This document shows, piece by piece, positions 8,295 through 17,688 of a stretch of 64,000 bases of DNA. The notes beneath the pieces were generated by a model, which was given only the letters and a program-made list of their open reading frames with translations, did no database searches and had not been told where the DNA came from. How positions within the stretch are numbered: the stretch's first letter is position 1; every line of letters begins with the position of its first letter. The translations under genes were made by a program, and so were the position numbers. This DNA comes from Burkholderiales bacterium (GTDB taxonomy: Bacteria; Pseudomonadota; Gammaproteobacteria; Burkholderiales; JACQAP01), in the NCBI GenBank assembly GCA_045810225.1, contig JBJMWI010000080.1, positions 23 to 64,022 on the forward strand, in the 5' to 3' direction.

Positions 8295-10202
8295 ATGACT
8301 GAGAAACCGAACGGCGCTCCCGCCGCTGCTGATGCCACCGAATTTGCGCGGACTTTCGCGGAAATTGCCCTGCGCAGCAAACACCTGGTCGAAACCCACC
8401 TCACCGCGCATGCGAGACAGGCGGGCGAAGAGGCTAACGATGAACTAGGGGTAGGCAAAGCCTTCTCCGAACTCGCCGGGCGGCTGATGACCGATCCGTT
8501 CAAGCTGGCGGAGATGTCGATGCGCATGTGGCATGACTATTTCAATCTTTGGCAGAACACGTTCCTCAAGGCGGCTGGAGCCGAAGCCCCACCGGTTGCC
8601 CAGCCATCCAAGGCCGACAACCGCTTCCGAAGCGAGTTATGGGAAAACAATCTGCTTTTCGATTACATCAAGCAGTCGTATCTCATCGCCGCGCAGAACA
8701 TCCAGAAATCGGTCGCGGAAGTAGACGGACTGGATCCGGTCACCGCGCGCAAGGTGAAATTTTTTACGCGTCAGTATATCGATGCCCTGGCGCCGACCAA
8801 CTTCGTTTTAACCAACCCCGAAGTACTGAAGGCGACTATTGAGAGCGGGGGCAAGAACCTGTTTGACGGACTGAATCACCTGCTCCAGGACATGGACCGC
8901 GGCGATGGCAAGCTTGCCATCAGCATGACCGATCCAAAAGCATTCACGATGGGCAAAAACGTCGCGAGTACGCCGGGCAAGGTGATATTCCAGAATGATC
9001 TGATGCAGCTGATCCAGTATCAGCCAACCACGAGCACGGTGTACAAGACACCGTTGTTGATCGTGCCACCCTGGATCAACAAATATTATATTTTGGATCT
9101 GCGCGAAAAAAACTCCTTCATCCGCTTTGCGCTGGACCAAGGCATCACTGTGTTTGTAATTTCATGGGTCAATCCGGACCGCAGGCACGCAGCCAAGACC
9201 TTCGAGGACTATATGCTGGAAGGGCCGCGGGCGGCAATGGATGCCATCGAGAAGACGACCGGAGAACATGACATCAACATGATCGGTTATTGCCTCGGCG
9301 GTACGCTGACTGCATGCCTGCTCGCGTGGATGGCAGCCAAGGGCGAACGCCGTGTGAAGAGCGTGACATTCTTCACCACGCTGATCGATTTCTCGGAGCC
9401 TGGAGAATTGGGCGTTTTCGTCGACGAAGAGGTGGTCAGCAAACTCGAGAAGAAAATGGCCGAGCGCGGCTATCTTGAAGGTTCCGAAATGGCTTCAACG
9501 TTCAACATGCTGCGCGCCAACGATCTGATCTGGTCGTTTGTCGTCAACAATTATCTGCTCGGCAAGGAACCCTTTCCGTTCGATTTGCTGTACTGGAATT
9601 CGGATGCAACGCGCATGCCCGCGAAGATGCATACTTTTTATCTGCGCAACATGTACATCAAAAACAAATTGCGCGAACCCGGCGGCATCACTCTGGCAGG
9701 CGAAGCCATCGACGTTTCCAGGATCAACATACCGGCATATTTCATTTCCACGCTCGAAGACCATATCGCTCCGTGGAAGACGACCTACTTGAGCGCGCAG
9801 CTGTTGAAAGGTCCCGTGCGTTTTACACTGGGCGGATCAGGCCATATCGCCGGCATTGTTAATCCGCCTTCGGCCAACAAGTATTGGTACTGGACCAATG
9901 ACCAATTGCAAGACACCGCCGAGGGCTGGCTGGCGGCCGCGGACAAACGGCCGGGGTCGTGGTGGACTGACTGGGGCAACTGGATAGCGCGCTTCGGCGG
10001 CGAAAAGGTGCCGGCCCGCGCTCCCGGGCAGCACATTAAAATTATCGAGGATGCGCCAGGTAGTTACGCCAGTCTGCGCCTCGACGCGCCGGCCTCCTCG
10101 ACGCCGCAGAAAGCAAGGCCGCCCGCTGTTGCGGCCAGGAAGCAACCTGCCGCAGCGAGCGCACCCAAAATTGCCGTGCTGAAAAAAAAGGAAGCCCGAT
10201 GA
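8295..10202 (+). CDS. phaC: class I poly(R)-hydroxyalkanoic acid synthase
   Basis: Lipase box GYCLGG, VPPWINKYYILDL, DLLYWNSD, EDHIAPW and GSGHIAG; 635 aa with an Ala/Pro/Lys-rich C-terminal tail. Confidence 0.95.
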   Translation: MTEKPNGAPAAADATEFARTFAEIALRSKHLVETHLTAHARQAGEEANDELGVGKAFSELAGRLMTDPFKLAEMSMRMWHDYFNLWQNTFLKAAGAEAPPVAQPSKADNRFRSELWENNLLFDYIKQSYLIAAQNIQKSVAEVDGLDPVTARKVKFFTRQYIDALAPTNFVLTNPEVLKATIESGGKNLFDGLNHLLQDMDRGDGKLAISMTDPKAFTMGKNVASTPGKVIFQNDLMQLIQYQPTTSTVYKTPLLIVPPWINKYYILDLREKNSFIRFALDQGITVFVISWVNPDRRHAAKTFEDYMLEGPRAAMDAIEKTTGEHDINMIGYCLGGTLTACLLAWMAAKGERRVKSVTFFTTLIDFSEPGELGVFVDEEVVSKLEKKMAERGYLEGSEMASTFNMLRANDLIWSFVVNNYLLGKEPFPFDLLYWNSDATRMPAKMHTFYLRNMYIKNKLREPGGITLAGEAIDVSRINIPAYFISTLEDHIAPWKTTYLSAQLLKGPVRFTLGGSGHIAGIVNPPSANKYWYWTNDQLQDTAEGWLAAADKRPGSWWTDWGNWIARFGGEKVPARAPGQHIKIIEDAPGSYASLRLDAPASSTPQKARPPAVAARKQPAAASAPKIAVLKKKEAR

Positions 10203-11041
10203 AACTCGACAACGCACAAATTGCGCAGTTTGAGCGTGATGGTTATCTGTTCTTCCCCAGTCTGTTCACGCCGCAGGAAGTCGATATTCTGTTAAACGAA
10301 GTTCCAGCGCTGTATGCGCAGCATCGCGCCGAGAACGTGCGCGAAAAAGGCAGCGATGCGGTGCGCACGAATTTCGCCGCGCATATGTACAACCGGCAGT
10401 TTGCGAAACTCGCGCGCCACCCGCGCATGGTGCACCCGATCCAGCAGCTGTTCGGTGAAGCGGTGTACATGCATCAGTTCAAGATCAACGGCAAGATGGC
10501 TTTCGACGGCGATGTCTGGCAATGGCACCAGGATTACGGCACCTGGAAAAACGACGATCAGATGCCGGAGCCGCGTGCCATGAATGTCGCGATCTTCCTG
10601 GGCGAGGTCAACGAATTTAACGGGCCCCTGATGTTCATTCCCGGCAGCCACAGACTCGGCGTGCTGCAGGCCGAACACGATACCTCCACCACAAGTTATC
10701 CGTTGTGGACAATCAATCACGATACCATCCGCAAGCTGGTGGAACGCGGCGGCCTGGTCGCCCCGAAAGGCCCTGCGGGATCGATGATTTTGTTTCATTC
10801 ATGCCTGGTGCATGCCTCGAACTGCAACTTGTCGCCCTGGGATCGCATCAACGTGTACTTAAGCCTGTGCGCGGTGTCCAATCACATCCGCCGCTTCAAA
10901 CGGCCCGAGTACATCGCGCATCGCGATTTCACGCCAATCCAATGCCTGCCGGACGATTGCCTGGTCCAGGACTACGATGTGCCATTGCCCTGGAAAGACG
11001 GGACGCCCGCAGAAGCGCTTACGCCCTTGGCGGCTGCGTAA
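10199..11041 (+). CDS. Fe(II)/2-oxoglutarate dioxygenase, PhyH family (L-proline trans-4-hydroxylase/EctD-like)
   Basis: VYMHQFKINGKMAFDGDVWQWHQDYGTW (HxD), NGPLMFIPGSH and distal His in LVHAS. From recall it resembles Dactylosporangium trans-P4H (VYVHQFKINAK...GDVWPWHQDY). Confidence 0.82.
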   Translation: MKLDNAQIAQFERDGYLFFPSLFTPQEVDILLNEVPALYAQHRAENVREKGSDAVRTNFAAHMYNRQFAKLARHPRMVHPIQQLFGEAVYMHQFKINGKMAFDGDVWQWHQDYGTWKNDDQMPEPRAMNVAIFLGEVNEFNGPLMFIPGSHRLGVLQAEHDTSTTSYPLWTINHDTIRKLVERGGLVAPKGPAGSMILFHSCLVHASNCNLSPWDRINVYLSLCAVSNHIRRFKRPEYIAHRDFTPIQCLPDDCLVQDYDVPLPWKDGTPAEALTPLAAA

Positions 11042-11049
11042 CCGGCAAC

Positions 11050-12417
11050 ATGAACCTGTACGCGAAGCTTCGTGAGCGTGCCGCACAGGGCAGGCCCCTG
11101 CGCGTAGGTTTGATCGGGGCCGGGAAATTCGGTGCAATGTATCTTGCCCAGGTCCCGAAAACGCCTGGTGTGCATTTGTGCGGCATTGCCGACCTCTCGC
11201 CTGCGGCTGCCAAAGAGAACCTGCGAAAAGTCGGCTGGCAACCGGAACGCCACGCGGCTGCGACGCTGGATGCCGCGCTATCGTCAGGCTTGACCCACGT
11301 CAGCGACGATTGGCAGGCGCTGGTGGCGCATCCGCTGATCGATATCATCGTCGAAGCAACCGGCAATCCGATCGCAGCGGTGGAACATGCGTTGGCCGCG
11401 TTCAAGCATGGCAAACACATTGTCATGGTGACGGTGGAGGCGGATGCGATGTGCGGGCCGTTGCTCGCGCGCCGCGCAAAAGACGCCGGTGTCGTGTACA
11501 GCCTTGCCTACGGCGATCAGCCGGCATTGATCTGCGACCTGGTGGATTGGGCGCGCGCTTCCGGATTCAGCGTCGTTGCCGCGGGCCGCGGCCACAAATG
11601 GTTGCCGCATTTCGCACAGTCGACACCGGAAACGGTGTGGGGTTACTACGGTTTGACGCCCGAACAAGCGAAAACCGGCGGACTTAATCCGAAGATGTTC
11701 AATTCGTTTCTGGATGGTTCGAAACCGGCGATCGAAAGCACGGCGGTGTGCAATGCGACCGCATTGACACCCGCGCCCCAGGGCTTGTTGTTTCCGCCTG
11801 CCAGTGTCGATGACATTCCGAATGTGATGCGCCCAATTGCAGAAGGCGGCCATCTACACCATAAAGGCCAGGTCGAAGTAATTTCCTCGCTCGAGCCCGA
11901 CGGGCGCGTCATTCCCTACGATATTCGCTTCGGGGTATTTGTCGTGTTCGAAGGAGACACCGAATACATCCGCAACTGTTTCAAGGAATATATGGTCCGC
12001 ACCGATGCGTCGGGGCGTTACGCATGCCTGTACAAGCGCTGGCATTTGATCGGGCTGGAAGTCGGCATTTCGGTGGCATCGGTAGGTTTGCGCGGCGAGC
12101 CCACCGGTTGCCCGACCGGTTTTCGTGCGGACGTGGTCGCCACTGCAAAGCGCAACCTCAACGCCGGTGAAATCCTGGACGGTGAAGGCGGATATACCGT
12201 CGTAGGCAAACTGATGCCGGCCGAAGCGTCGCTCAGCATTGGCGCCTTATCGCTCGGGCTTGCGCATGGCGTCAAAGTGCTGCGACCAGTTATGGCGGGG
12301 CAGCCGCTGCGATGGACCGATGTCGCGGTCGACGAATCCAGCCACGCGGTCAAAATACGACGCGAGATGGAGAAACTGTTTGCCCCCGCTACTGAACCCG
12401 CATTAGCAGCACGCTAG
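11050..12417 (+). CDS. NAD(P)-dependent oxidoreductase with C-terminal SAF domain (COG4091, homoserine dehydrogenase-like)
   Basis: Rossmann motif VGLIGAGKFG, IIVEATGNP, NVEAD-like VTVEAD, YGDQP, and SAF-type C-terminus VVATAKRNLNAGEILDGEGGY. Confidence 0.85.
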   Translation: MNLYAKLRERAAQGRPLRVGLIGAGKFGAMYLAQVPKTPGVHLCGIADLSPAAAKENLRKVGWQPERHAAATLDAALSSGLTHVSDDWQALVAHPLIDIIVEATGNPIAAVEHALAAFKHGKHIVMVTVEADAMCGPLLARRAKDAGVVYSLAYGDQPALICDLVDWARASGFSVVAAGRGHKWLPHFAQSTPETVWGYYGLTPEQAKTGGLNPKMFNSFLDGSKPAIESTAVCNATALTPAPQGLLFPPASVDDIPNVMRPIAEGGHLHHKGQVEVISSLEPDGRVIPYDIRFGVFVVFEGDTEYIRNCFKEYMVRTDASGRYACLYKRWHLIGLEVGISVASVGLRGEPTGCPTGFRADVVATAKRNLNAGEILDGEGGYTVVGKLMPAEASLSIGALSLGLAHGVKVLRPVMAGQPLRWTDVAVDESSHAVKIRREMEKLFAPATEPALAAR

Positions 12418-12438
12418 GGTTGAACGACGATTGAAATT

Positions 12439-12464
12439 GGCCGCGCACGCGGCCTTCTTATTTT
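12439..12464 (+). terminator. probable intrinsic terminator after the COG4091 gene
   Basis: GGCCGC-GCAC-GCGGCC hairpin followed by TTCTTATTTT. Confidence 0.7.
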
Positions 12465-12525
12465 GGCGCGTACCGGCCGGACTCGCCGGTACAATGCGGG
12501 TCCCATCCCCACCAAGGACGCCGGC

Positions 12526-13809
12526 GTGATCCACAAACCGCCCCGCACGAGGCAAATCGTCGCCGCCGTCATCGGCAACGCCCTCGAGTGGTACGACTTC
12601 GTCGTTTACGGATTCCTGACCGTCATCATTGCGCGTTTGTTCTTTCCGGCGCAAAGCGAATACGCGTCTCTCCTGTTGACCATGGCGACTTTCGGGGTTG
12701 GATTTTTCATGCGACCCGTTGGCGGCATCGTGCTCGGCATGTATGCCGACCGCAAAGGTCGCAAGGCGGCGCTGCAACTGATCATCGGACTGATGACCCT
12801 GGCGATGGCAATGATTGCATTCGCGCCCCCGTATGCGGCAATCGGTATCGCTGCGCCGTTGATTATTCTTTTGGCGCGCCTGCTGCAAGGCTTCTCGGCA
12901 GGCGGCGAATTCGCAAGCGCAACGGCGTTCCTGGTTGAAACCGCGCCCCCTAACCGGCGCGGGTTCTATGGTTCGCTGCAAATGGTCGGGCAAAGCCTCG
13001 CCGCGCTGTCGGGCGCCGTTGCGGGCACGCTCATCACGCGTGGACTTGAAGCCGGGCAAATCGACTCTTGGGGATGGCGCCTGCCTTTTCTGTTCGGACT
13101 CATCATTGGGCCGGTCGGACTGTATATCCGCCGCTACCTGGAAGAGACCGACGCCTTCCTTGATTCACGCCGCGTTGGCGCAGTACGCAATCCCTTCGGG
13201 ACCGTATTTGTGCGAAACAAGCGCAGTCTGGCGGTCACCTTCGGGCTGGTGATCTGCGGCACTATTTCGTATTACGTCGTGCTGGTGTATATGCCCACGT
13301 TTGCGAAGACGCAACTTGGCATGCCTCTGACGGACGCATTCGTGGCCCAGGTCATTGGTCTTGTGTGCCTGACCGCAACCATTCCGCTGTGCGGGGCGCT
13401 ATCCGATCGAATCGGTCGCCGGCCGATCCTGGTTGCTGCGACGATCGCCTATTTTATCTTGCTCTATCCGCTGTTCGACTGGGTGTACGCCGCTCCGAGC
13501 CTGCTCAGGCTCACGATCATGCAAGGCATCTTGTGCACGCTCGTCGGTGTATTCTTCGGGCCGATCTCGACCGCGATCGCGGAACAGTTTCCGACCGGCG
13601 TACGGTCCACCGGCCTGGCAATTGCCTACAATTTTGCGGTGATGCTGTTCGGTGGCTTCGCACAGTTCATTGTGACGTGGCTAATTCGGGAAACCGGGTC
13701 GCCGATCGCGCCTGCTTATTATGTGATGTTCGGTGCGGTCGTGGGCTTCGTCGCTTCCGTTTCTCTGGTGGAACGCTATCGCGACCAGCAATTACCGAAC
13801 GCAGTGTGA
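12526..13809 (+). CDS. MFS transporter, metabolite:H+ symporter family (ProP/CitA-like)
   Basis: IGNALEWYDFVVYG, FFMRPVGG, ADRKGRK, RLLQGFSAGGE and WGWRLPF; GTG start with an AAGGA RBS. Confidence 0.9.
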   Translation: MIHKPPRTRQIVAAVIGNALEWYDFVVYGFLTVIIARLFFPAQSEYASLLLTMATFGVGFFMRPVGGIVLGMYADRKGRKAALQLIIGLMTLAMAMIAFAPPYAAIGIAAPLIILLARLLQGFSAGGEFASATAFLVETAPPNRRGFYGSLQMVGQSLAALSGAVAGTLITRGLEAGQIDSWGWRLPFLFGLIIGPVGLYIRRYLEETDAFLDSRRVGAVRNPFGTVFVRNKRSLAVTFGLVICGTISYYVVLVYMPTFAKTQLGMPLTDAFVAQVIGLVCLTATIPLCGALSDRIGRRPILVAATIAYFILLYPLFDWVYAAPSLLRLTIMQGILCTLVGVFFGPISTAIAEQFPTGVRSTGLAIAYNFAVMLFGGFAQFIVTWLIRETGSPIAPAYYVMFGAVVGFVASVSLVERYRDQQLPNAV

Positions 13810-13850
13810 GCGACTAGACGGCTTTACATAACTAATCAGGGAGGCACGCA

Positions 13851-14309
13851 ATGACAACATGGCACAGGCGACTCGGTACGATGCTGATGCTCGCTGCGAC
13901 TTTTGGAGGGGTTACGATGAAATCGAACACGTTTGCTGCCGATACCGGCGAGAAAACCATGACGGTCGTGCGCATCTACACCGGCAGCGACAACCAGTCC
14001 CATTTCGAAGACGTCAAAATCCCGCTCAAAAGCACGGGGAAGGTTGGATTCCTCTCCGATCTCATGAAAGCCACTGGCATCGTGTTCCGTGAAACCGGCG
14101 GCGACTACAACTACGACTTTCACACCGCGCCGCGGCGGCAATACGTGGTGAATCTGGAGGGAGAAGTAGAAATCGAAGTCGGCGATGGAACCAAGCGCAT
14201 CCTGCGCAGCGGCGATATTCTGCTCGCGGAAGATACTACCGGGCAGGGACACATCAGCCGCGCGGTCGCCGGCAAACCGAGGAAATCGCTGTTCATCACG
14301 CTGGACTAG
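13851..14309 (+). CDS. small cupin-like protein with an N-terminal extension
   Basis: RIYTGSDNQSHFED, DFHTAPRRQYVVNLEG and LAEDTTGQGHISR; GGAGG RBS. Confidence 0.75.
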   Translation: MTTWHRRLGTMLMLAATFGGVTMKSNTFAADTGEKTMTVVRIYTGSDNQSHFEDVKIPLKSTGKVGFLSDLMKATGIVFRETGGDYNYDFHTAPRRQYVVNLEGEVEIEVGDGTKRILRSGDILLAEDTTGQGHISRAVAGKPRKSLFITLD

Positions 14310-15168
14310 TTCGTTCGCCGGTGCGAAACCGGGACAAGTATTTCATGCCTTCGATTGCCCGGCTGCCGTACCAGGACGTCATTTCTCCGTCGATCAGGGA
14401 TACCCGCATCGGCGCATCGTATTCTTCCATCGGCGTCGGAACGAAATAGTGGGTGGTGGCCCCCAACATCTGGCGAATCTCCTCGAGATGGCGTTCGCGG
14501 AACGCATACGGTTCGGACGAAAGCAGTATGCGGTCGACATTGCTAAGCAGTGCTGGCGTGAGCTCGAGGGTTGGATATCGAACAGTGCCATCTGCCGGCA
14601 CGGTATCCCAGCCGACTGCGGCCAGCGTTCTGGAAACATACGTATCGCGCGCTACGGTCATCCAGGGTGACTTCCAGATAAGGTAGAGCACGCGTTCGCG
14701 TGGCAGCCCGGCGCATGCTGCAACAGCGTTCGCATAAGCCTTGCGGAACGCCGCACATAATTGCTCTGCCTTGTCTTCGCGATCAAAGATGCTGCCGAGC
14801 AGCCGGTACAACGGTGCATTATCGAGCGGGCCCAACGGATGCGTCACGATCACGTTCGGGACGAATCTGGCGAGTTCCTCGACCGTGGACTTTTCGTTCT
14901 CATCGATATTCACAATCAGGTGCGTTGGCGCCAGCGTGCGGATTTTTTCGATGTCGACGCTTTTCGTGCCGCCCACTTTCGGCACGGTTCTGATGTTGTC
15001 TTTGGGATGAATGCAGAAACCGGTCCGGCCGACGAGCCGATCGCCGACGCCCAAATGGAACAACAGTTCGCTGATGCTGGGTACGAGGCAGACGATGCGA
15101 GCATCGGCGCGCGCGACGGCATGTGCCCTGCCAATGGCGTCAATCAAGTGTGAACGCGGACTGTTCAT
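14296..15168 (-). CDS. helical-backbone metal receptor (BtuF-like cobalamin/siderophore-binding fold)
   Basis: RIVCLVPSISELL, LVGRTGFCIHP, VPKVGGTK, LYLIWKSPWM, ILLSSEPYAF and IDGEMTSWYGSR. Start uncertain (15168 or 15177). Confidence 0.8.
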   Translation of the reverse strand: MNSPRSHLIDAIGRAHAVARADARIVCLVPSISELLFHLGVGDRLVGRTGFCIHPKDNIRTVPKVGGTKSVDIEKIRTLAPTHLIVNIDENEKSTVEELARFVPNVIVTHPLGPLDNAPLYRLLGSIFDREDKAEQLCAAFRKAYANAVAACAGLPRERVLYLIWKSPWMTVARDTYVSRTLAAVGWDTVPADGTVRYPTLELTPALLSNVDRILLSSEPYAFRERHLEEIRQMLGATTHYFVPTPMEEYDAPMRVSLIDGEMTSWYGSRAIEGMKYLSRFRTGERTSPA

Positions 15169-15190
15169 GATGGCCAACGATAGGCTCGGT

Positions 15191-15718
15191 TTACTTGCGC
15201 TTGCCTGGTCTTCTTTTTTTGCTACCAGACACGGGCGAGACCGAGACCGCTAATGGGGCGGCAGAAAGAGGAATCACGCTTTCCTTCAACGTGCGCAGCA
15301 CGAAGCTTGACTTGCTATGCCGTATACCGGGAATACGGTACAGCCGCTCGCGCAACAGTCGTTCATAGTCGCGGGTGTCTTTGACGGCTATACGGATGTA
15401 GTAATCATAATCTCCGGAGACCAGATAGGCTTCCACGACTTCCGGAATCTGCTCCAGCATTTTGCCGAACGCGTTCAGCGTTTCATCCGTATGGCTCTCC
15501 AGTGTCACCTGCACGATGACGGTTTCTGAAATGCCGATCGACGGTGCATCGACCCGGACTGTGTACCCCCGGATTACGCCCTCGTTCTCCATGCGTTTGA
15601 TGCGTGTCCAGCACGGGGTCGAAGATAGCCCCACCTGTTCGCTGATAGCCTGGAGACTGGCGCGAGCGTCATCCTGCAGCACCTGCAATATCGCCAGATC
15701 AAATTTGTCGATGTTCAT
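15191..15718 (-). CDS. Lrp/AsnC family transcriptional regulator
   Basis: IDKFDLAILQVLQDDARASLQAISEQVGLSSTPCWTRIKRMENEGVI and YLVSGDYDY; divergent from the acetolactate synthase gene. Confidence 0.93.
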   Translation of the reverse strand: MNIDKFDLAILQVLQDDARASLQAISEQVGLSSTPCWTRIKRMENEGVIRGYTVRVDAPSIGISETVIVQVTLESHTDETLNAFGKMLEQIPEVVEAYLVSGDYDYYIRIAVKDTRDYERLLRERLYRIPGIRHSKSSFVLRTLKESVIPLSAAPLAVSVSPVSGSKKRRPGKRK

Positions 15719-15817
15719 TCTAAAATTTAGTGCTTTGGTAGAACGATTTTCCGATCTTGGTGCATTATTGCAGAATATAAGATGCTTTTTCTGCGACGTC
15801 ACGCGTACGATATATTC

Positions 15818-17611
15818 ATGACCAATCTCGTAGTGCCCGGCACGCCGGTGCCGCCATCACAGGCCGCGGGTGACATTGTCAAAAACGGTGCCAAATGCCT
15901 GCTTGATACTCTGGTGTCGCTAGGCGTCGATACGATTTTCGGGTATCCGGGCGGGGCCGTGCTGCCAGTTTACGATGCGCTGCATGCCGAGCCGCGCATC
16001 CGGCACATCCTCGTCCGGCATGAGCAGGCGGCAGTTCATGCGGCCGAGGGCTATGCCCGTTCCACGGGCAAGCCCGGCGTGGTCGTTGTCACATCCGGTC
16101 CCGGCGTAAGCAATACGATTACGGGCTTGCTGGATGCAATGTGCGACTCGATTCCGGTGCTCTGCATCAGCGGCCAAGTCGCCACAAACGCGATCGGCAC
16201 GGATGCATTCCAGGAATGCGACGCACTGGGCTTATCTCGGCCGGTCACAAAATGGAATGCGCAGATCCGTAGCCCAAATGAGGTGGCGGCACTGGTGCGC
16301 AAGGCGCTGCTGGTCGCGACAGGCGGGCGCCCGGGCCCTGTGCTGCTGGACTTTCCCAAAGACATCCAACTGGCCAGCCTGGATCCCGCTTTCGAGGCTG
16401 CTGTCGCATTCCAGGAATCGCCGCGCAGATCGCCGCGCCGTGGTCCGCTGCGCGAGGCGGCGACCTTGTTGAAGCAAGCACAGCGGCCCATATTTTATGG
16501 TGGGGGCGGGTTGATCAACGCCGGCCCGGGAGCATGTGCCGCATTCGCTCGCCTCGTGCGACACACCGGTGCACCCTGTACGTTGACATTGATGGGTTTA
16601 GGGGCGTATCCGGCCTCGGATGGCCAGTTTCTCGGAATGCTCGGGATGCACGGCACCCTGGAAGCCAACCTGGCCATGCATTACGCCGATCTGGTCGTCT
16701 GCGTGGGCGCCCGCTTCGATGATCGGGTGACCGGCAAGTTAAGCGAGTTCTGCCCACATGCGCAGATAATCCACCTGGACATCGATCCATCATCGATCAA
16801 TAAGGTCGTAAAGGCCACGGTGGCACTGGTTGGCGACTGCGGGGAGACGCTGGATGACTTGCACGCTGAGCTTGATGGGCATGTACCTGAGCCGGCGCGG
16901 CTCGCTGAATGGTGGCAACAGATCGGACATTGGCGCGCAGTGAATTCGTTGGGATTCGAACCGCGATCCAATTCCATCGTTCCTCAACAACTCATGCGCT
17001 CGCTGCAGCAGGCAATCGATGGAGCCGATGCAATCGTATCCACTGACGTCGGCCAGCACCAAATGTGGGCGGCGCAACATTTGCGCTTTGAACAGCCCGG
17101 TCGATGGCTGACCTCGGGCGGTGCCGGGACTATGGGTTACGGACTGCCCGCAGCAATCGGCGCGCAGGTTGGTAATCCGGACCGGCTGGTAGTGTGTGTT
17201 AGCGGAGATGCCTCGGTACTGATGAATTTGCAGGAGATGTCCACGGCGGTCCAGCATCGCTTGCCGGTAAAAGTATTGTTATGCAATAACGGCTACATGG
17301 GCATGGTGCGCCAATGGCAGGAACTCAATCATGGTAGCCGTTACAGCCATAGCTACACCGCTGCATTGCCCGATTTCGTAGCTGTCGCCAAGGGTTTTGG
17401 CTGGGGCGCGCGCCGCGTCAGCGACCCGGCAGAACTTGCCGCTGCGATCGCGGAATGCCTTGCCTGGGAGGGCCCGTTTTTTCTCGATGTGGCCGTCGCA
17501 CCGCAGGAAAACTGTTTTCCCATGATGGCAGCCGGCAGTGGGCATCACGAGATCATGTTGGACAAGACCACGCTGTACTGCGCCAAGCCAGGTGATCAGG
17601 CTACGACTTGA
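15818..17611 (+). CDS. acetolactate synthase large subunit-like ThDP enzyme
   Basis: [60 protein letters not shown] and the ThDP motif GDAS...CNN. No small-subunit gene is adjacent. Confidence 0.9.
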   Translation: MTNLVVPGTPVPPSQAAGDIVKNGAKCLLDTLVSLGVDTIFGYPGGAVLPVYDALHAEPRIRHILVRHEQAAVHAAEGYARSTGKPGVVVVTSGPGVSNTITGLLDAMCDSIPVLCISGQVATNAIGTDAFQECDALGLSRPVTKWNAQIRSPNEVAALVRKALLVATGGRPGPVLLDFPKDIQLASLDPAFEAAVAFQESPRRSPRRGPLREAATLLKQAQRPIFYGGGGLINAGPGACAAFARLVRHTGAPCTLTLMGLGAYPASDGQFLGMLGMHGTLEANLAMHYADLVVCVGARFDDRVTGKLSEFCPHAQIIHLDIDPSSINKVVKATVALVGDCGETLDDLHAELDGHVPEPARLAEWWQQIGHWRAVNSLGFEPRSNSIVPQQLMRSLQQAIDGADAIVSTDVGQHQMWAAQHLRFEQPGRWLTSGGAGTMGYGLPAAIGAQVGNPDRLVVCVSGDASVLMNLQEMSTAVQHRLPVKVLLCNNGYMGMVRQWQELNHGSRYSHSYTAALPDFVAVAKGFGWGARRVSDPAELAAAIAECLAWEGPFFLDVAVAPQENCFPMMAAGSGHHEIMLDKTTLYCAKPGDQATT

Positions 17612-17688
17612 ATTACGCGGCTAACGGCCGGTCCAACGTCTATCGGCGGCCTTTACCGGCGCACATGTAAAGATCACAGGAGTTGGCA

